Source: Octopus sinensis (Eukaryota). From it: a DNA stretch of 64,000 nucleotides. This document shows, one piece after another, positions 49,864 to 62,552 of the stretch. The position numbers were made by a program, and so were the translations under genes. The stretch spans positions 96,286,001 to 96,350,000 of the forward strand of contig NC_043005.1 of the NCBI RefSeq assembly GCF_006345805.1. The letters are read 5' to 3'. The stretch's first letter is position 1; every line of letters starts with the position of its first letter. The notes under the pieces were generated by a model. The model made no database searches. It worked only from the letters and a program-made list of their open reading frames with translations, and was not told the origin of the DNA.

Positions 49864-50536
49864 ATGGCTGCATCAGGTTTGCCTTCATTCACAGGGGATG
49901 TGGGTCTGTGGTTTGCCCAGGTGGAGTCGCATTTTGACGCACATGCCATTCCTCCACAGCAGCAGTTGCATCTGCTATATTCAAGTTTGCATCCCCGACT
50001 CGCCACATCGGTCAGGGATCTCATAATAAGTCCCTACCCGGACGCCACATACGCGTCCGTAAAAGCCGAAATCCTCCACCACAACACGCGGTCAGAGGAG
50101 AGTAATTTTAAGGAGCTGATGGCCGAGGAACAGTTGGGATACAGGACTCCATCCCAGTTCCTGCGCCACCTATGGGAGCTGAGCGGGAACGCAGCAGACG
50201 CGCCGCTCTTACGGAGGATTTTCTTCTCCAGGTTGCCTGCCCACGTGCAGACAATGTTGGCCACGGTACTGGAGTCTGTGTCAGTAGACCAGATTGCTAC
50301 GATGGCCGATAAAATATTGGAATTTCCGAAACCATTTCCATCGCGAGGCCTGTGCGCATGTACAGAGCCCCCCTCTGACAGTTTCTCCGACGCAAAATTC
50401 ACTAGCTGAGCGGCTCGATGCGCTCACGCGGCGAATCGATGATCTGTGCCGTGCGATCGGGCGCCGACCACGCAGTCGTAGTTGCAGTGGCTCTGCCGAA
50501 AAGGCAGAACGGTGTTTCCAGCCCTCGGAAAACTAA
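49864..50536 (+). pseudogene. gag: gag, with a frameshift near 50380-50400
   Basis: LPSFTGDVGLWFAQVESHF...EQLGYRTPSQFLRHL, then LAERLDALTRRIDDL...RSRS...SEN* in a shifted frame. Confidence 0.85.
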
Positions 50537-53500
50537 ATCCAGAGGAGGTGAGCACGTCACCTTCCTTCTCGTTTCCCAAAATCGTGCGTTCTTGTAAAAG
50601 ATCTGGTGTCAAAGAAATTCTTCATGGTGGACACCGGCTCTTGTTGCAGCATCTGGCCCCTTTGTCTGACTGCAGACAAGCCCAAGTGCTCTTCAATTGT
50701 CTTGCATGCCATTGACTCGTCTCCCATAACCACCTTCGGTCAGATTTTGCTGCGCCTCGACATCAACCTTTGTTGAGACTTTCAATGGGTTTTCGTCATC
50801 GCTGACATCCCGCATCCTATTCTCGGCGCTGATTTCTTGGATAGGTTTAATCTATTGGTGGATGTCAGGCATCGGAGGCTTCTTGATAGCATGACGTCGC
50901 TCTCTACGCCGACTGGGAGTTCCACCAATGCGGTCCTTAGCCCGACATTCTTTGTTGCCACCTCTGGAGACGCTTTTCACTCTCTTTTGGCTTCATTTCC
51001 GGAGCTAGTGGACATTGCCTTTCAACCGGAAAAGCCTACCCACTCGACCCTCCATTTTATCACCACCACTGGGCCACCTGTATTTTCGCACCCACGGCGC
51101 CTTGCGCCTGACCGACTAAAAACGGCTAGGGCCGAGTTTGAGCACATGCTTCAACTTGGCCTTATACACCCCTCCACCAGCCCATGGGTGTCTCCCCTTC
51201 ATTTGGTGCGAAAGGGCGAGTCTGATTTTCGCCCGGTAGGAGACTATCAACGCCTCAATGCCGTAACAATAGCCGACAGATATCCAATCAGAATCTACAG
51301 GACTTTACGGCAAATCTCCATGGTTGTACCATTTTTTCGAAGGTTGACCTTATACGCGCGTACCATCAAATACCGGTCAACACAGCCGACGTTCCGAAAA
51401 CTGCGATCACTACCCCTTTTGGGTGTTTTGAGTTTTTGTATATGAGTTTCGGTTTGCGGAATGCTACTAGCACTTTCCAGCGTTTCATTGATGAGGTTGT
51501 CCGCGGTCTTGATTTTGTGTTTGCCTATGTCGATGATATACTCATTGCGAGCGACACACATGAAAATCATCTCCAGCACCTTTCTCAGCTTTTTCAGCGT
51601 CTTCGTGCTTATAGTATACGTATAAATCCCGACAAGTGTGTTTTTGGACGCTCTTCCCTAGATTTTCTAGGCCATCATATTGATTCGAGTGGAATCAGCC
51701 CCCTGTCGTCAAAGGTCGATGCCATTCAACGCATCGCACCCCCCCACTTCCTTGCGCCAGCTCAGGCATTATCTAGGGATGATCAATTTCTACAGACGTT
51801 TTATTCCCGGTTGTGCAGATAAGCTACTTCCTCTCACCAGGCTATTAAAGGACACTCCTAGAAAGGACGGTCAAGTCACCCTCTCTGTTGAGGCACTGAC
51901 AGCCTTTGAGTGCATTAAGGAGCTGGCTTCTGTTTCTTTGCTTGCACATCCGGTTCCTGGTGCTTCTCTCTCTTTGACTGTTGACGCATTGGACACTGCG
52001 ATTGGCGCTGTGTTACAACACACAGTGGATGATCATATTCGACCTCTAGCTTTCTTTTCCCGCCAACTGCAACCAGCTGAACGACGATACAGTACCTTTG
52101 ATCGTGAGCTCCTAGCAATCTATCTATCGGTTCGTCATTTCCAGCATCAACTTGAAGGGCGAGATTTTGTGATCTATACGGATTACAAGCCCCTTACGTT
52201 TGCCCTGTGTTCAAAAACGGACAAACTCTCACCTTGTGCTTTCCGGCACCTGGATTTTATCTCTCAATTCACTAGTAACATTCGACACATACCTGGAAAA
52301 GAGAACGTTCCTGCTGATGCTCTCTCTCGCCTTCCAGTCTGCACCCTTTTGTCTCCTGCTGCTATCGACTTAACTGCCATCTCGCAGGAGCAGCCACCTT
52401 TGGCGTCGTTAGACTTAACTTCTCCCAAGTTCTCCTGTTGCCAGTTTTCCTACCTTCCGCTTCCGTCAGCCGAAGGCACCATTCTCTGTGATACTTCCAC
52501 TGGTTCTCCCAGGCCACTCGTGCCTGAGAATCATCAACGCTCAGTGTTTGAAGCACTGCACTCCTTATCACATCCTGGCATCGCTGCCACCCTTAAGCTG
52601 ATCACTGCTCGGTTTTTCTGGCCGAATATGCGTTGCACTATTACTTCTTGGACACGCACCTGCTCCAAGTGTCAATGGTCCAAGATTCAACGGCACGTTC
52701 GTGCCCCGCTTGGACATTTTCCCCCTATGGAGGCCCGTTTTCGCCATGTCCACATCGATCTGGTTGGACCATGGCCTGTGAGTCGCGGGTTTTCTTATCT
52801 GTTAACTTGTGTCGATCGTTTCTCCCGCTGGCCAGAAGCCATTCCGATAGCAGACATTTCTGCTGAGACTGTTGCGCAAGCCTTCATTTCAAACTGGATT
52901 TCCCGTTTCAGAGTTCCGTCCAGATTGACTACTGATCGTGGACGTCAGTTTGAAGCTTCGCTATTTCGCGAATTGTCGTGCATTTTAGGTGTGCATCATA
53001 TTCACACTACCAGCTATCATCCAGCATCTAATGGATTAGTTGAACGGTTTCATAGACAGCTCAAGGCCGCTCTTCATGCCTCTTCAGATCCACAGTCCTG
53101 GATTGAATTTCTGCCAATTGTGCTTCTCGGTTGTTGGACTGCTGTCAAGGCAGACCTGGGGTTTTCTTCTGCAGAGCTGCTGTATGGTACCACACTGGCA
53201 TTGCCTGGTACGATGTTGGTGCCAGACACTTCCCAGCTCCATGATCCGGCAACCTATGTCGCCAGACTGCGTTCATATTTCTCGAATCTTCCACCCATGG
53301 TTCCCAGGAAACTATCTCCACCATCCCATCTCCCGCCGGATATGGACACTTGGTCGCATGTTTTTGTTTGGGACGACTCTGTGAAGGGCCCACTTGTTTC
53401 TCCCTATAAAGGACCTTTCCGTGTGCTTTCTCGCACACCTAAGGTTTTCACCATTGAAATAAATGGTCATTCGAAGACCGTTTCCGTGGACCAACTGAAG

Positions 53501-53701
53501 AAAGCATACTTTGAGATATCTTCATCTTTTGATGACAACCTTGACACACCCACCTATGCACCTGCACAAGCACCTTTGCCTTCACCGGCTCCTACAACAC
53601 CACCCTCGCCGTCAACGGGTGCCCCGAGCACACCATATGTTACTAGATCAGGCAGAACAGTGCATTGGCCCAAGAAACTCTCAAAGACAATTCTTATTTA
53701 A
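50537..53701 (+). pseudogene. pol: pol (protease, RT, RNase H, integrase) with stops and frameshifts
   Basis: FMVDTGS protease (50630), YVDD RT, RELLAIY/DYKPL RNase H, HHCC zinc finger and [22 protein letters not shown] integrase core; frameshifts near 50650, 51290 and 51745. Confidence 0.93.
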
Positions 53702-53825
53702 CTTTCTTTCTTTCAAATTTCTTGTTTTTTGTATGACATTGTGTACCAAATCTGTGGGGATCGGCAAGCCATCTGTTTTTCTGCAGCACCACTACAAATT
53801 TTCTTGTCTTCGTACTTCTGCACTC

Positions 53826-53837
53826 GAGGGGGAGCCA
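53826..53837 (+). promoter_or_regulatory. Polypurine tract
   Basis: GAGGGGGAGCCA immediately before the 3' LTR. Confidence 0.8.
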
Positions 53838-54255
53838 TGTAGTGATGCTACTGTGTAAGGTTCAGCGCGCATGTGCAGAATGAAACTACTTCTGGGTGGC
53901 CACCGGAAGTCTTCGCCATGCGCATGTGTGGGAAACTGACCCCTGAGGAGCAGTAAACTCGATCACCCTCTCTGGCCATTTCAGCCCTCAGGAACAGACG
54001 TGCATTTGGTAATCTCTGATAACTATACCGACTTAGCCGCGGATGACATTGAATCACTTCAACCAACTAACAAGAAGCTGTACAACAGATTCAGCTGCCG
54101 TTTTCCCTTCAGAAATACGTACACCATCACGAATAATAAACAACACTGCTGTCTTTCCCAGATAACCTGACTTCGTCTGTTATATTTAACTAAATTGAAT
54201 GTGACGGGATTGGATCAACACCCCTTCAGTGATACCGATTCCAGATCCTGTTACA
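53838..54255 (+). repeat. 3' LTR (418 bp)
   Basis: About 94-95% identical to the 5' LTR by manual count. Confidence 0.95.
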
Positions 54256-54609
54256 TAACCATGAAATTTAATTCCGTAGTCACAGTTAATGCTTGTGGAC
54301 CAGCTTTCATGCAACAAATATTTAATTTTTGCTTACATAATCATTGCTAATAATGGAAATGTGATACATGGGAAGGAGAGATTTTTTCTTTTTTATAGAT
54401 GAGATATGTTATAATATGTGAAATATGTTATAATATTCATGTGAGCTATAGACAAGTGTAAAAAAAGTCAAAAGTGAGCCACTGCAAGAAGTTTCTGATT
54501 TCTCATATCTCAGCCTGCTACAGATTTCACTGTACATGTTGTGTGTCTATTGCTTTCACTAGATATATAACATCAATTTCCTACATCATAATGATCATTT
54601 TTTTTCCTG

Positions 54610-55500
54610 CCTTTAGCCCTCCAATGCAGAGTATAGGCCACTTATAGTTGAATTCCATGTCGCATAATTTTTCGCTTCTGTACTTATACTCTGCCATGAA
54701 TGTCCCCCTTTCTCTAGTTCCTTTTGCCTTGATTTCTGCCACGAGTTCTTAGGCCTACCTCTCCTTCTATATCCATCCGGTTTCCACCGTAAAGCACTTT
54801 TCACTACATTTGGTGTGTCTTTTCAAATTGTGCTACCAATCCTCTTCCACTTTTTCTTAAATATTTGCTCCCTAATCGAAACTTGATTTGTTCTTTGCCA
54901 TAGCTCCATATTGCTTATGTGTTCAGGCCATCTAATTTTAAGTATACTACTCAAGCATCTGTTGATGAATGATTGTATTTGCTTATTTGACTTAACTGTT
55001 GTTCGCCATGTCTCAGCCCCATTTTACGTTAGTGTTAAAGATTCTTATTTTGTTCTTTATTGAAATTACACTTGCGCTCCATACTTTTTTTTAATAATGA
55101 TCATTTATGTTCATTTTTCCTTACTGGCATTATTTGGATGAGTATCAATGTGGATTGTCTCTTACCATGGTCCTTCATCAGCAACAAAGAAAACAATCAA
55201 TTTTTGTCATTTTGTCTGTCATGTTCTTTCTATGTAGACAGAGGTGAGCATAGATTTTTACCACCAAGTTGCCATTCCTGGACCTACTTTCTACATCTTG
55301 AGCTTCCCAGGTGGCACTGGTAATTTTGAGCTTACTCTCTCTTACTAACTTGTACTTTGTCTTGGACATGTTAATATATACATTAACATATCAGGCGCTT
55401 TGATCTTTAGACCAGGATTCCATTCATCTATGTCCAGATTCTTTCTGGCTGCACACTTGGCTTATTGAAATTTATCTCCGCTCTTCATTATTCATCACAT
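54610..55500 (-). pseudogene. RTE-clade LINE RT C-terminal relic
   Basis: IKNKIRIFNTNVK...GAETWRTT...FINRCLSSILKIRWPE.ISN.ELWQRT...ALRWKPDGYRRRGRPKNSW. Confidence 0.85.
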
Positions 55501-55689
55501 TCAAGAGATAAATGCTGGTTTCTTGGTACAAAGCCAATTTTTGTGGTGAAGAAACAGATTATTTAATGGTTCCTAGTGTATTACTAGTATTTATATTGCC
55601 AACTTCCACATGGAGGAAATATGAAATTGACCCTGGCATGATTGAATTCAGAACACAGAAGGGTTAAATTAAATACCGTAAGACATTTA

Positions 55690-56092
55690 GTCCGGTGCTC
55701 TACCGTTTTTGAAAGGTGAACATATGATATTCACCGTTTCGAAATTAACATTTATTTCCGGTTCCGATTTTAAAGCTTATCATGTGAGAGTTGTAATTTC
55801 GCCGAGTTGTCATTAAGATCGTTTTTTTTGTTCCTCTAACTGTTATACCAGCATGATTAAGATAAATATATTTTATCCGTTATACAGAAGGAAACATCGA
55901 GTAAGATTTGTATAGAGATCCCCAAATCGTTAAGCAAGAATGTTATTTCGTTTTTCTTTTAAGGGCTTCAGAACATGCGAATGAATGAGCTCCCTTCACT
56001 CTAGTCTAGTGTCACTCCGTCAAATCAAATTATATATGCTAGTTGTCTTCGTGGCATTTATATTCTTAATTTTATAAATATATTTCATATAA
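55690..56092 (+). promoter_or_regulatory. Candidate NPRL3 promoter and 5' UTR with a 63-nt intron and uORFs
   Basis: CpG-retaining stretch with TTCCGGTTCCG (ETS-like); GA|GTAAGA donor at 55901 and ttttcttttaAG acceptor at 55963; uORFs 55975-56004 and 55985-56077. Confidence 0.45.
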
Positions 56093-56207
56093 ATGGCTGA
56101 TTTGGATCCGATCGTTATCATTTTGGCGACGTCAGGCTCTAAAGGGAATCGAATTTTATTTCGTTACCCACACGAAACTACCAAGAAGAATGCAGTTGCC
56201 TCTCGAT
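56093..56207 (+). CDS. NPRL3: GATOR1 subunit NPRL3, coding exon 1 (MADLDPIVIILATSGSKGNRILFRYPHETTKKNAVASR)
   Basis: Matches human [27 protein letters not shown]; phase-1 GTAAGT donor at 56208. Confidence 0.92.
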
Positions 56208-56994
56208 GTAAGTGGTTTGTGTTTCGTTTTTTGATCGATTCTTGAAAACCCCCACTACTCGATCTATGATTTTTTGTTCTTTTTACTTTTTAGGCCTTCC
56301 TTTCAATTATGACACTTCCAAGTCCCGCAACTTAATCTGTGGTAAATTAGTAAATTAAGAAATAAGAAACTTTCAAAAATTTATCCCTACACATTTTTTT
56401 TATTTCACTCCACTTTTGTATTAGCTTCGGTTAAATTGATTTGTTTTTATTGAAAAATTCAAAACTAAACGAAATTTACTCAAAATGCTTAATAGAGTCA
56501 CGCGTAAAGAAATTGAAAGTGCAGAGAACAAATTATTTTACACGCTTTAGTAATTTGCCTTCAACAGCGAAAGAAAATAATTAACCGGCGCTTGTAACAT
56601 GCTTATGGTGTGTTAGGGTTGCAAAGTGACAATCTTGTGACACCCACAAACCCCGCAGTTCTCAGTCGGGAAAATTATAATGATAGTTGGTATACTAAGA
56701 AATTTGTTGTTTCAGACAGGACCCTTTATTGGAAGTGGGGAACTTAACATTAAATATAGGAAAAGACATGGTTTTTCTCCGAATGATGGAATTTACGGCT
56801 ACAAACGTTACCAAAAATTTCATAATTCTATATTCGATACAGTATCTTATAATTTATTGTTTATAGCATAACTTTGAAGGTTTTACATTTATCTTTTTTT
56901 TTAAATATCTTACTGGTTTATCTTTGATTTCTTTTACAAATCCTCTAAGTATATTTCATTTAGAATCGGTTGTTATGTAGCAGAGCCTGTTCTT

Positions 56995-57043
56995 TTACTT
57001 ATATATATATATACATATGCATGCATGATGTGTATATATATAT

Positions 57044-57086
<43 letters not shown>
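56995..57086. repeat. (TA)n microsatellite
   Basis: Direct observation. Confidence 0.9.
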
Positions 57087-57088
<2 letters not shown>

Positions 57089-58152
57089 TTGCTATTATGC
57101 AAAAGTGTCGTAAGTCCAAAACGTTGCTTTTTCAGAAAACGAAAAAATAGTAAAACATTTGTACTACACTTTGACAATTTTTGATATCTTGGCATCTGGA
57201 GATACGATAGTTTGACCAAAAGAACCGGCTATTGCAAGCAAAAATTATTATGGAGAAAAACGCATTTGGTTAAAGTTGGACATACGACAGTTTAACATAA
57301 TAGCAACGATATATATATTCTAAAACTACTTACTAAATTATATTTATTCTGAACTGATTGTGCGGAAGTTAAACGATGATATTTCGCGATGGAAGGCATT
57401 TTTAAGAGATTTCACTCTAAAACCATTTTTTTTTTCTTTTGATCCACTAGTATGATGCTAAGTGGATGAGGAATTAATTTCTTCCCTGAATAGTATATCA
57501 GTCCATCGTTGATTACTTTTCCCTATGCTTGAACTAAGGTACATAGAATGATCTATCCTGATCTTCGATATGCAACCAAACGTTTACAGCAGAGTCTCTA
57601 ACACTTTTTCTCACTTCACTATTTTGGTTCACACTTGATCCATTGTTGAACTGCAGCAGTTCAGGCTAAACATCGACAGTACAAACAACAATCGTATATA
57701 TATCACGAAGAGCCTTCTAAAGCTACGGGCATCGTTTCTTCTCTCTCTCTCTCTCTCTCGAACCCCCCCCCCCACTCTTCTTCCATTTATGTTTAACCAA
57801 TGTCCTCATATGAACAATTACTCTAAAATCTTTGATGATGATGACAGATGTTTACTCTCATAAATTATAAAACTTGTTATCTTTAAGTCTGTCATATTGT
57901 TGAAACAGTTCAGTAAAGTTGTAACTGATTCTGGGTTCAAACTTCACTTAATTCACGAGTTCAATCACTACAGCCATCATACACTTTGAATAATTGGGCT
58001 TCTTAAAAACACATAACCTGTTTTGATAATTCAGGCAAATACTGACATTTGCAGAATTAACTCACTCGTGCTAAAACAGAAAATATTTTAATTTTGTACA
58101 TGATAAAAAAAAGACAAAGAAAAAGGATTTACATTTTTTATTTCCATTGTAG

Positions 58153-58210
58153 CCAATGTTGGGACGAATCCTTATGCTGTTGTTCCTATTGATGACCTTT
58201 GTGCAAAAGT
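58153..58210 (+). CDS. NPRL3: NPRL3 coding exon 2 ((S)NVGTNPYAVVPIDDLCAK(V))
   Basis: tttccattgtAG acceptor and GTAAGT donor; phase 1 in and phase 2 out, bridging exons 1 and 3 in frame. Confidence 0.8.
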
Positions 58211-58344
58211 GTAAGTTCCACATGAGGAAATCTCATTTTTTCTGTATGCATGAAGACTAATGGGAGAGAGCAAGGGAATGGTGCAACCATCGTACAAGAC
58301 TAAATGACACGAACAGTATAAAGGAAATGTAAAATCTCCAACCT

Positions 58345-58545
58345 GCTTATACCAACCTGGCTCTGTAATACAAATGTCTTCTTTCCATAAGTTTTAACTT
58401 AATATCTACCACCAAACCTTAATCACAATTTATGTTCTTAACACTAGGTGAATGATAACTAAGTTATTTTACTAAATTCTTTGTTATATTTAAAATAATT
58501 GAAAGAAACATAGAGCATCTCAAAATAAATACAGTAACAAAAGGG
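58345..58545. mobile_element. TTAA MITE, partial copy
   Basis: Colinear with 63000-63219, ending gtaacaaaaggg|ttaa. Confidence 0.65.
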
Positions 58546-59034
58546 TTAAAGTTTTTTAAATAGGAAAACCAATTTGAGATAAATTGAAATTAAATGTGGT
58601 CTGGGGTATATTCTGGATAAACTGGTTATGTGTGTGGTTTTTCTTAATTTGTATAACTGTTTATTAATATAGCAACTAAATTGTTTTTATAGCTGTTTTT
58701 TTTTTGTTTTTTTTTTTGCTACTGCTAAAAAGTCTTCAATGAATTAAAAGTAGAACCTTTTAGGCTGGTGAAAACAGAATTACATCTTGTGCAGGAGCAT
58801 AACATAACACTATGGCTAAAAGGATTGATAGCATGGTCATGTGGTTAGTAGTTTGGTGCCTTACTCTTAGAGTTCAAAACCACTTTATTCCTTGGAAACA
58901 AAGCCAACTAATGCTTATACACTGAAGAAAACAGAACTATTTTTAGGAGATAAACAGATAAAAATTATGTAAAATTGTATATAGGAATAGCTGAACCTTA
59001 ATTGATGAAGAAAAGTGTGTGTGTGGCTGTGTGG

Positions 59035-59200
59035 TAAGAATTTAGCTTCCCAACCACATGGTTTCAGGTTCAATTATACTGTGTGTAGCACCTTGGGCAT
59101 ATGCCCTGGGCTGACCAAAGCCTTGTGAATCGATTTCGTTGATGGAAACTGAAAAAAGCTCGTCGTTATATGTGTGTGTATGTGTATGCACACACTGTCC
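59035..59200 (+). mobile_element. SINE family A 5' part (diverged)
   Basis: gtggctgtgtggtaagaa...gaccaaagccttgtgaatcgatttcg. Confidence 0.6.
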
Positions 59201-59884
59201 AACAATCATGTGTGTGGTTGTTAGACAAGAAATTGGGGAACCCTCATCTATTGAATAACAGCAGGAGAGTCCATAATGTGTGTGTGTGTGTGTATATATA
59301 TAATATACATATATATGTGTGTGTGTGCATGTAAAATGGATCTTCATCAGTTTTGACAACAGGGATTCAGTTGTTCTATCAATAGTGATATCTCTTCACT
59401 GAATTAGAATGTTTGTGGCTGAATGTTCCACAGTCTTCTGTACCATTAACATAATCCTCTGATAGAATCTGCAACAAAGTTCTACCTTTGAATTACAGGT
59501 GTAGTCCATCTGATAGGCGTACATAGTTTCCATTTACCTTAATTTCAATAACAAGACCTGGATCAATCCTAGGCAATAGTTAAAGACATTTATCTAAGAT
59601 ACCACACAATGAGATTGAACCCGAGCCCTCATGATTGCTAAGCAAACTTTAACCACCCAGCCATCCTGCATCCAATGTGTGTCAGTGTTTATTCTTGCTG
59701 AGATTGTCTGTTATCTTTCAGCCATGAAAATAGTAGGCCAATAGTTTGGTCCTGTCATTTTATTAGGATGAGATATTTTGGTTAGTGTTCATTATATGAT
59801 CTGAGATACATAGATGAAAAGAAATACTTTGAAAAACTAAAAAGTCAAACTTCATTTAATTCATGCATCATAAGAAAATACATG

Positions 59885-60235
59885 AAAATCAAATGGAAAT
59901 TGTAGTTAAGATACCCGTGCTGGTGACACGTTAAAAGCACCATCCAAACGTGGCAGATGCCAGCGCCGCCTGACTGGTGTCTGTGTCAGTGACATGTAAA
60001 AGCACCAACCAACCGTGGCCGTTTGCCAACCTCATCTGGCCCCTGTGCTGATGGCACGTAAAAAGCACCCACTACACTCACGGAGCGGTTGGCGTTAGGA
60101 AGGGCATCCAGCTGTAGAAACACTGCCAGATTGGACTGGATCCTGGTGCAGCCTCCTGGCTTCCCAGACCCCAGTCGAACCATCCAACTCATGCTAGCAT
60201 GGAAAATGGACGTTAAACAATGATGATGATGATGA
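59885..60235 (+). mobile_element. RTE LINE 3' end (second subfamily)
   Basis: Modules, core and (GAT)n tail. Confidence 0.75.
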
Positions 60236-61672
60236 TTTTGAACCAAAGAATGAAATCATTTTCTGTTTCCATTGCTGATGTAGGAGGAAGCCAGTCTAAA
60301 GCAACCATACTGTCTAGTTTGCTACTTCTCTTTACTGAATTCAGACTTCACCTTTATTATTCAGCTGATGAGGTAGCTTCTGCCACTGATTACTCTACCT
60401 GCTAGAAATAGTAGCCATATCCCCTTCAAACTATAACATATCTTTTTTTTAAAGAAGGATACATTGGAAAGTGTAATCTGGTGTATATTCTGCCTGAGAA
60501 AAAGAAGAAATGGTTATTGTTAGAATACATTTGATCCTAGATCTGTTTAGTCAGGGCTGACCTGGGGCTAAATAGTAATAAAAGCAATTTAACTATTCAT
60601 CTCCTTTCTTATAACAATGAATTATTTTTCTGTGGTGAGGGCAGTTTTTTTTTTGTTTCTTGTTTGTTTTCATGAATTTGAAAATAATTTCTGTTTTTCT
60701 TACCTTTTCTCTTTAGTGAAGAAACTGATTCAAATAAAGAAAACGAAACATTACTTGGGTGAGTGGAAATTTTTTGCATAAATCTTGTTTCCCCTGCTAG
60801 AACATATGACAAACATCTTGCTGGATTTGCTTCAGCTCTCTGTCCTCTCTCAGTTCAAAATCTATCAAGGCCAACTTTGTCTTTCATTCATTCAAACTCG
60901 ATAAAATAAACTACTAGTCTAGGATGATGAAATGACAGAATTGACAGAACACTGGATAAAATGCCTTGCATTATTTGTTCCATCTCTTTGCATTCTAGAT
61001 TCTTTGGTGGTAGATTTAATGTCACATTAACACCATCACCTGGTCTTTGGATACTATTAGTGTTGTAAGCATTTGGGCTAAGCCTCTAGTTTGAGCATGA
61101 CTTCCTTTCTTTCTCACACCAGTCTCAGACTCCTGATAAAAAAGGATCATAGATTTTGCTCTTCCCTTTCTGGTTAAGTAGATTAAGAAAACATTTACAG
61201 TTATACAAATCAAAAACGGTTTGAGAACGATGTGTTTGGTGACAACATGTCTTCAGTTGTTACTAGCAACTGTCTTCTTGTGGTCAGTTTGACTAACACA
61301 TAATAACAAATTGTTCTCAGGTCACTAAGGATACTTGGATTTTTCATTGAAGTCAACATCTGCTGGTGGATGAAAGTCATGCTACTAAGAGCATAAGTTG
61401 TTAAGCAGAACTGTGAAGTAACCATTTCTGTACCTGTGGTATTTCCAGTCCTCGTTTAATTTTCTGCATCAACACTGATGTCGACAGATGCTTTCAAGAG
61501 ATTACTGATCAAGCTAGCAGAACTCTGTATTAAGTAGAAGTGACAAGTGAGATAGACTAGGTCTCCTGTGGGATGGAGAGATGGACCAAAGAAAAACAAG
61601 GCCCAAACAAAGAATTACTAATTGTCTAATAAATTTGTGTCAAAAGTATTTAGAATAATTATATTTCCATCA

Positions 61673-61943
61673 GCGTCACCTTACTGGCACCTGTGCCGGT
61701 GGCATGTGTAAAAAGATTTGAGCATGGTCGTTACCAGGACTGCCTGACTGGCCCCTGTGCCGGTGGCACGTAAAAGCACCCACTACACTCTTGGAGTGGT
61801 TGGCGTTAGGAAGAGCATCCAGCTGTAGAAACTCTGCCAGATCAAGATTGGAGCTTGGTGCAGCCATCTGGTTCGCCAGCCCTCAGTCAAATCGTCCAAC
61901 TCATGCTAGCATGGAAAGCGGACGTTAAACGATGATGATGATG
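61673..61943 (+). mobile_element. RTE LINE 3' end
   Basis: Modules, core and (GAT)n tail. Confidence 0.75.
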
Positions 61944-62331
61944 GTGTGAAGTGGGTCTGAACGTGTGGTGTAACAATGACTAAAACTGGACCGAGCAAAT
62001 GGAGGAAAAGAACTACTTTAACATCTTGAATATAAATGCTAGGTAACCTTGTAAACTAAAGGTTTGTGGGTTCAAATCCTGCAACATTTATTTTATTGCA
62101 GCTTAGGGAAAGGACAGCAATCAATTAGTTCCTGTCTTCAACAATCATTTTGTTGTAATATTGAACAAACACACCACTTTTTTTGGAAAAATTGTTTAAT
62201 GGCTTAATTAGAGGAGGAATATAGCATCCCTGGCCCTTTTGCAGGGTGGGATTGTGGGTTAGAGATGAAGTTATCTTCAACCAGAACCCTGGCCTAAATG
62301 TTTGCTATCATGTCAATGTTCTGCTAATATT

Positions 62332-62552
62332 TATTTCTTTATTACCCACAAGGGACTAAACATAGAAGGGACAGACAAAGGTATTAAGTCAATTACATCG
62401 ACCCCAGTGCGTAACTGGTACTTAATTTATCGACCCCGAAAGGATGAAAGGCAAAGTCGACCTTGGCGGAATTTGAACTCAGAACGTAACGGCAGACGAA
62501 ATACCGCAAAGCATTTTACCCAGCGCACTAACGTTTCTGCCAGCTCGCTGCC
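62332..62552 (-). mobile_element. SINE family B, full length with a 13-bp TSD
   Basis: TTCTGCTAATATT at 62319-62331 and 62553-62565. Confidence 0.85.

Larger units (their letters stand above)
49065..54255 (+). mobile_element. Full-length Ty3/Gypsy LTR retrotransposon (CsRn1/Kabuki-like), coding region disrupted
   Basis: TG...CA LTRs at both ends, 4-bp TSD TAAC (49061-49064 and 54256-54259), PBS, PPT, domain order gag-PR-RT-RH-IN. Confidence 0.95.

Noticed and set aside
50034-50402. Antisense ORFs within the Gypsy element (also 51295-51579 and 53145-53438)
   Set aside because: Expected shadow ORFs of GC-richer coding sequence; no independent features
29658-56092. NTHL1 (human head-to-head partner of TSC2) or MPG/POLR3K/SNRNP25 (human NPRL3 neighbours) in the gap
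   Set aside because: No matching peptide motifs found by eye on either strand
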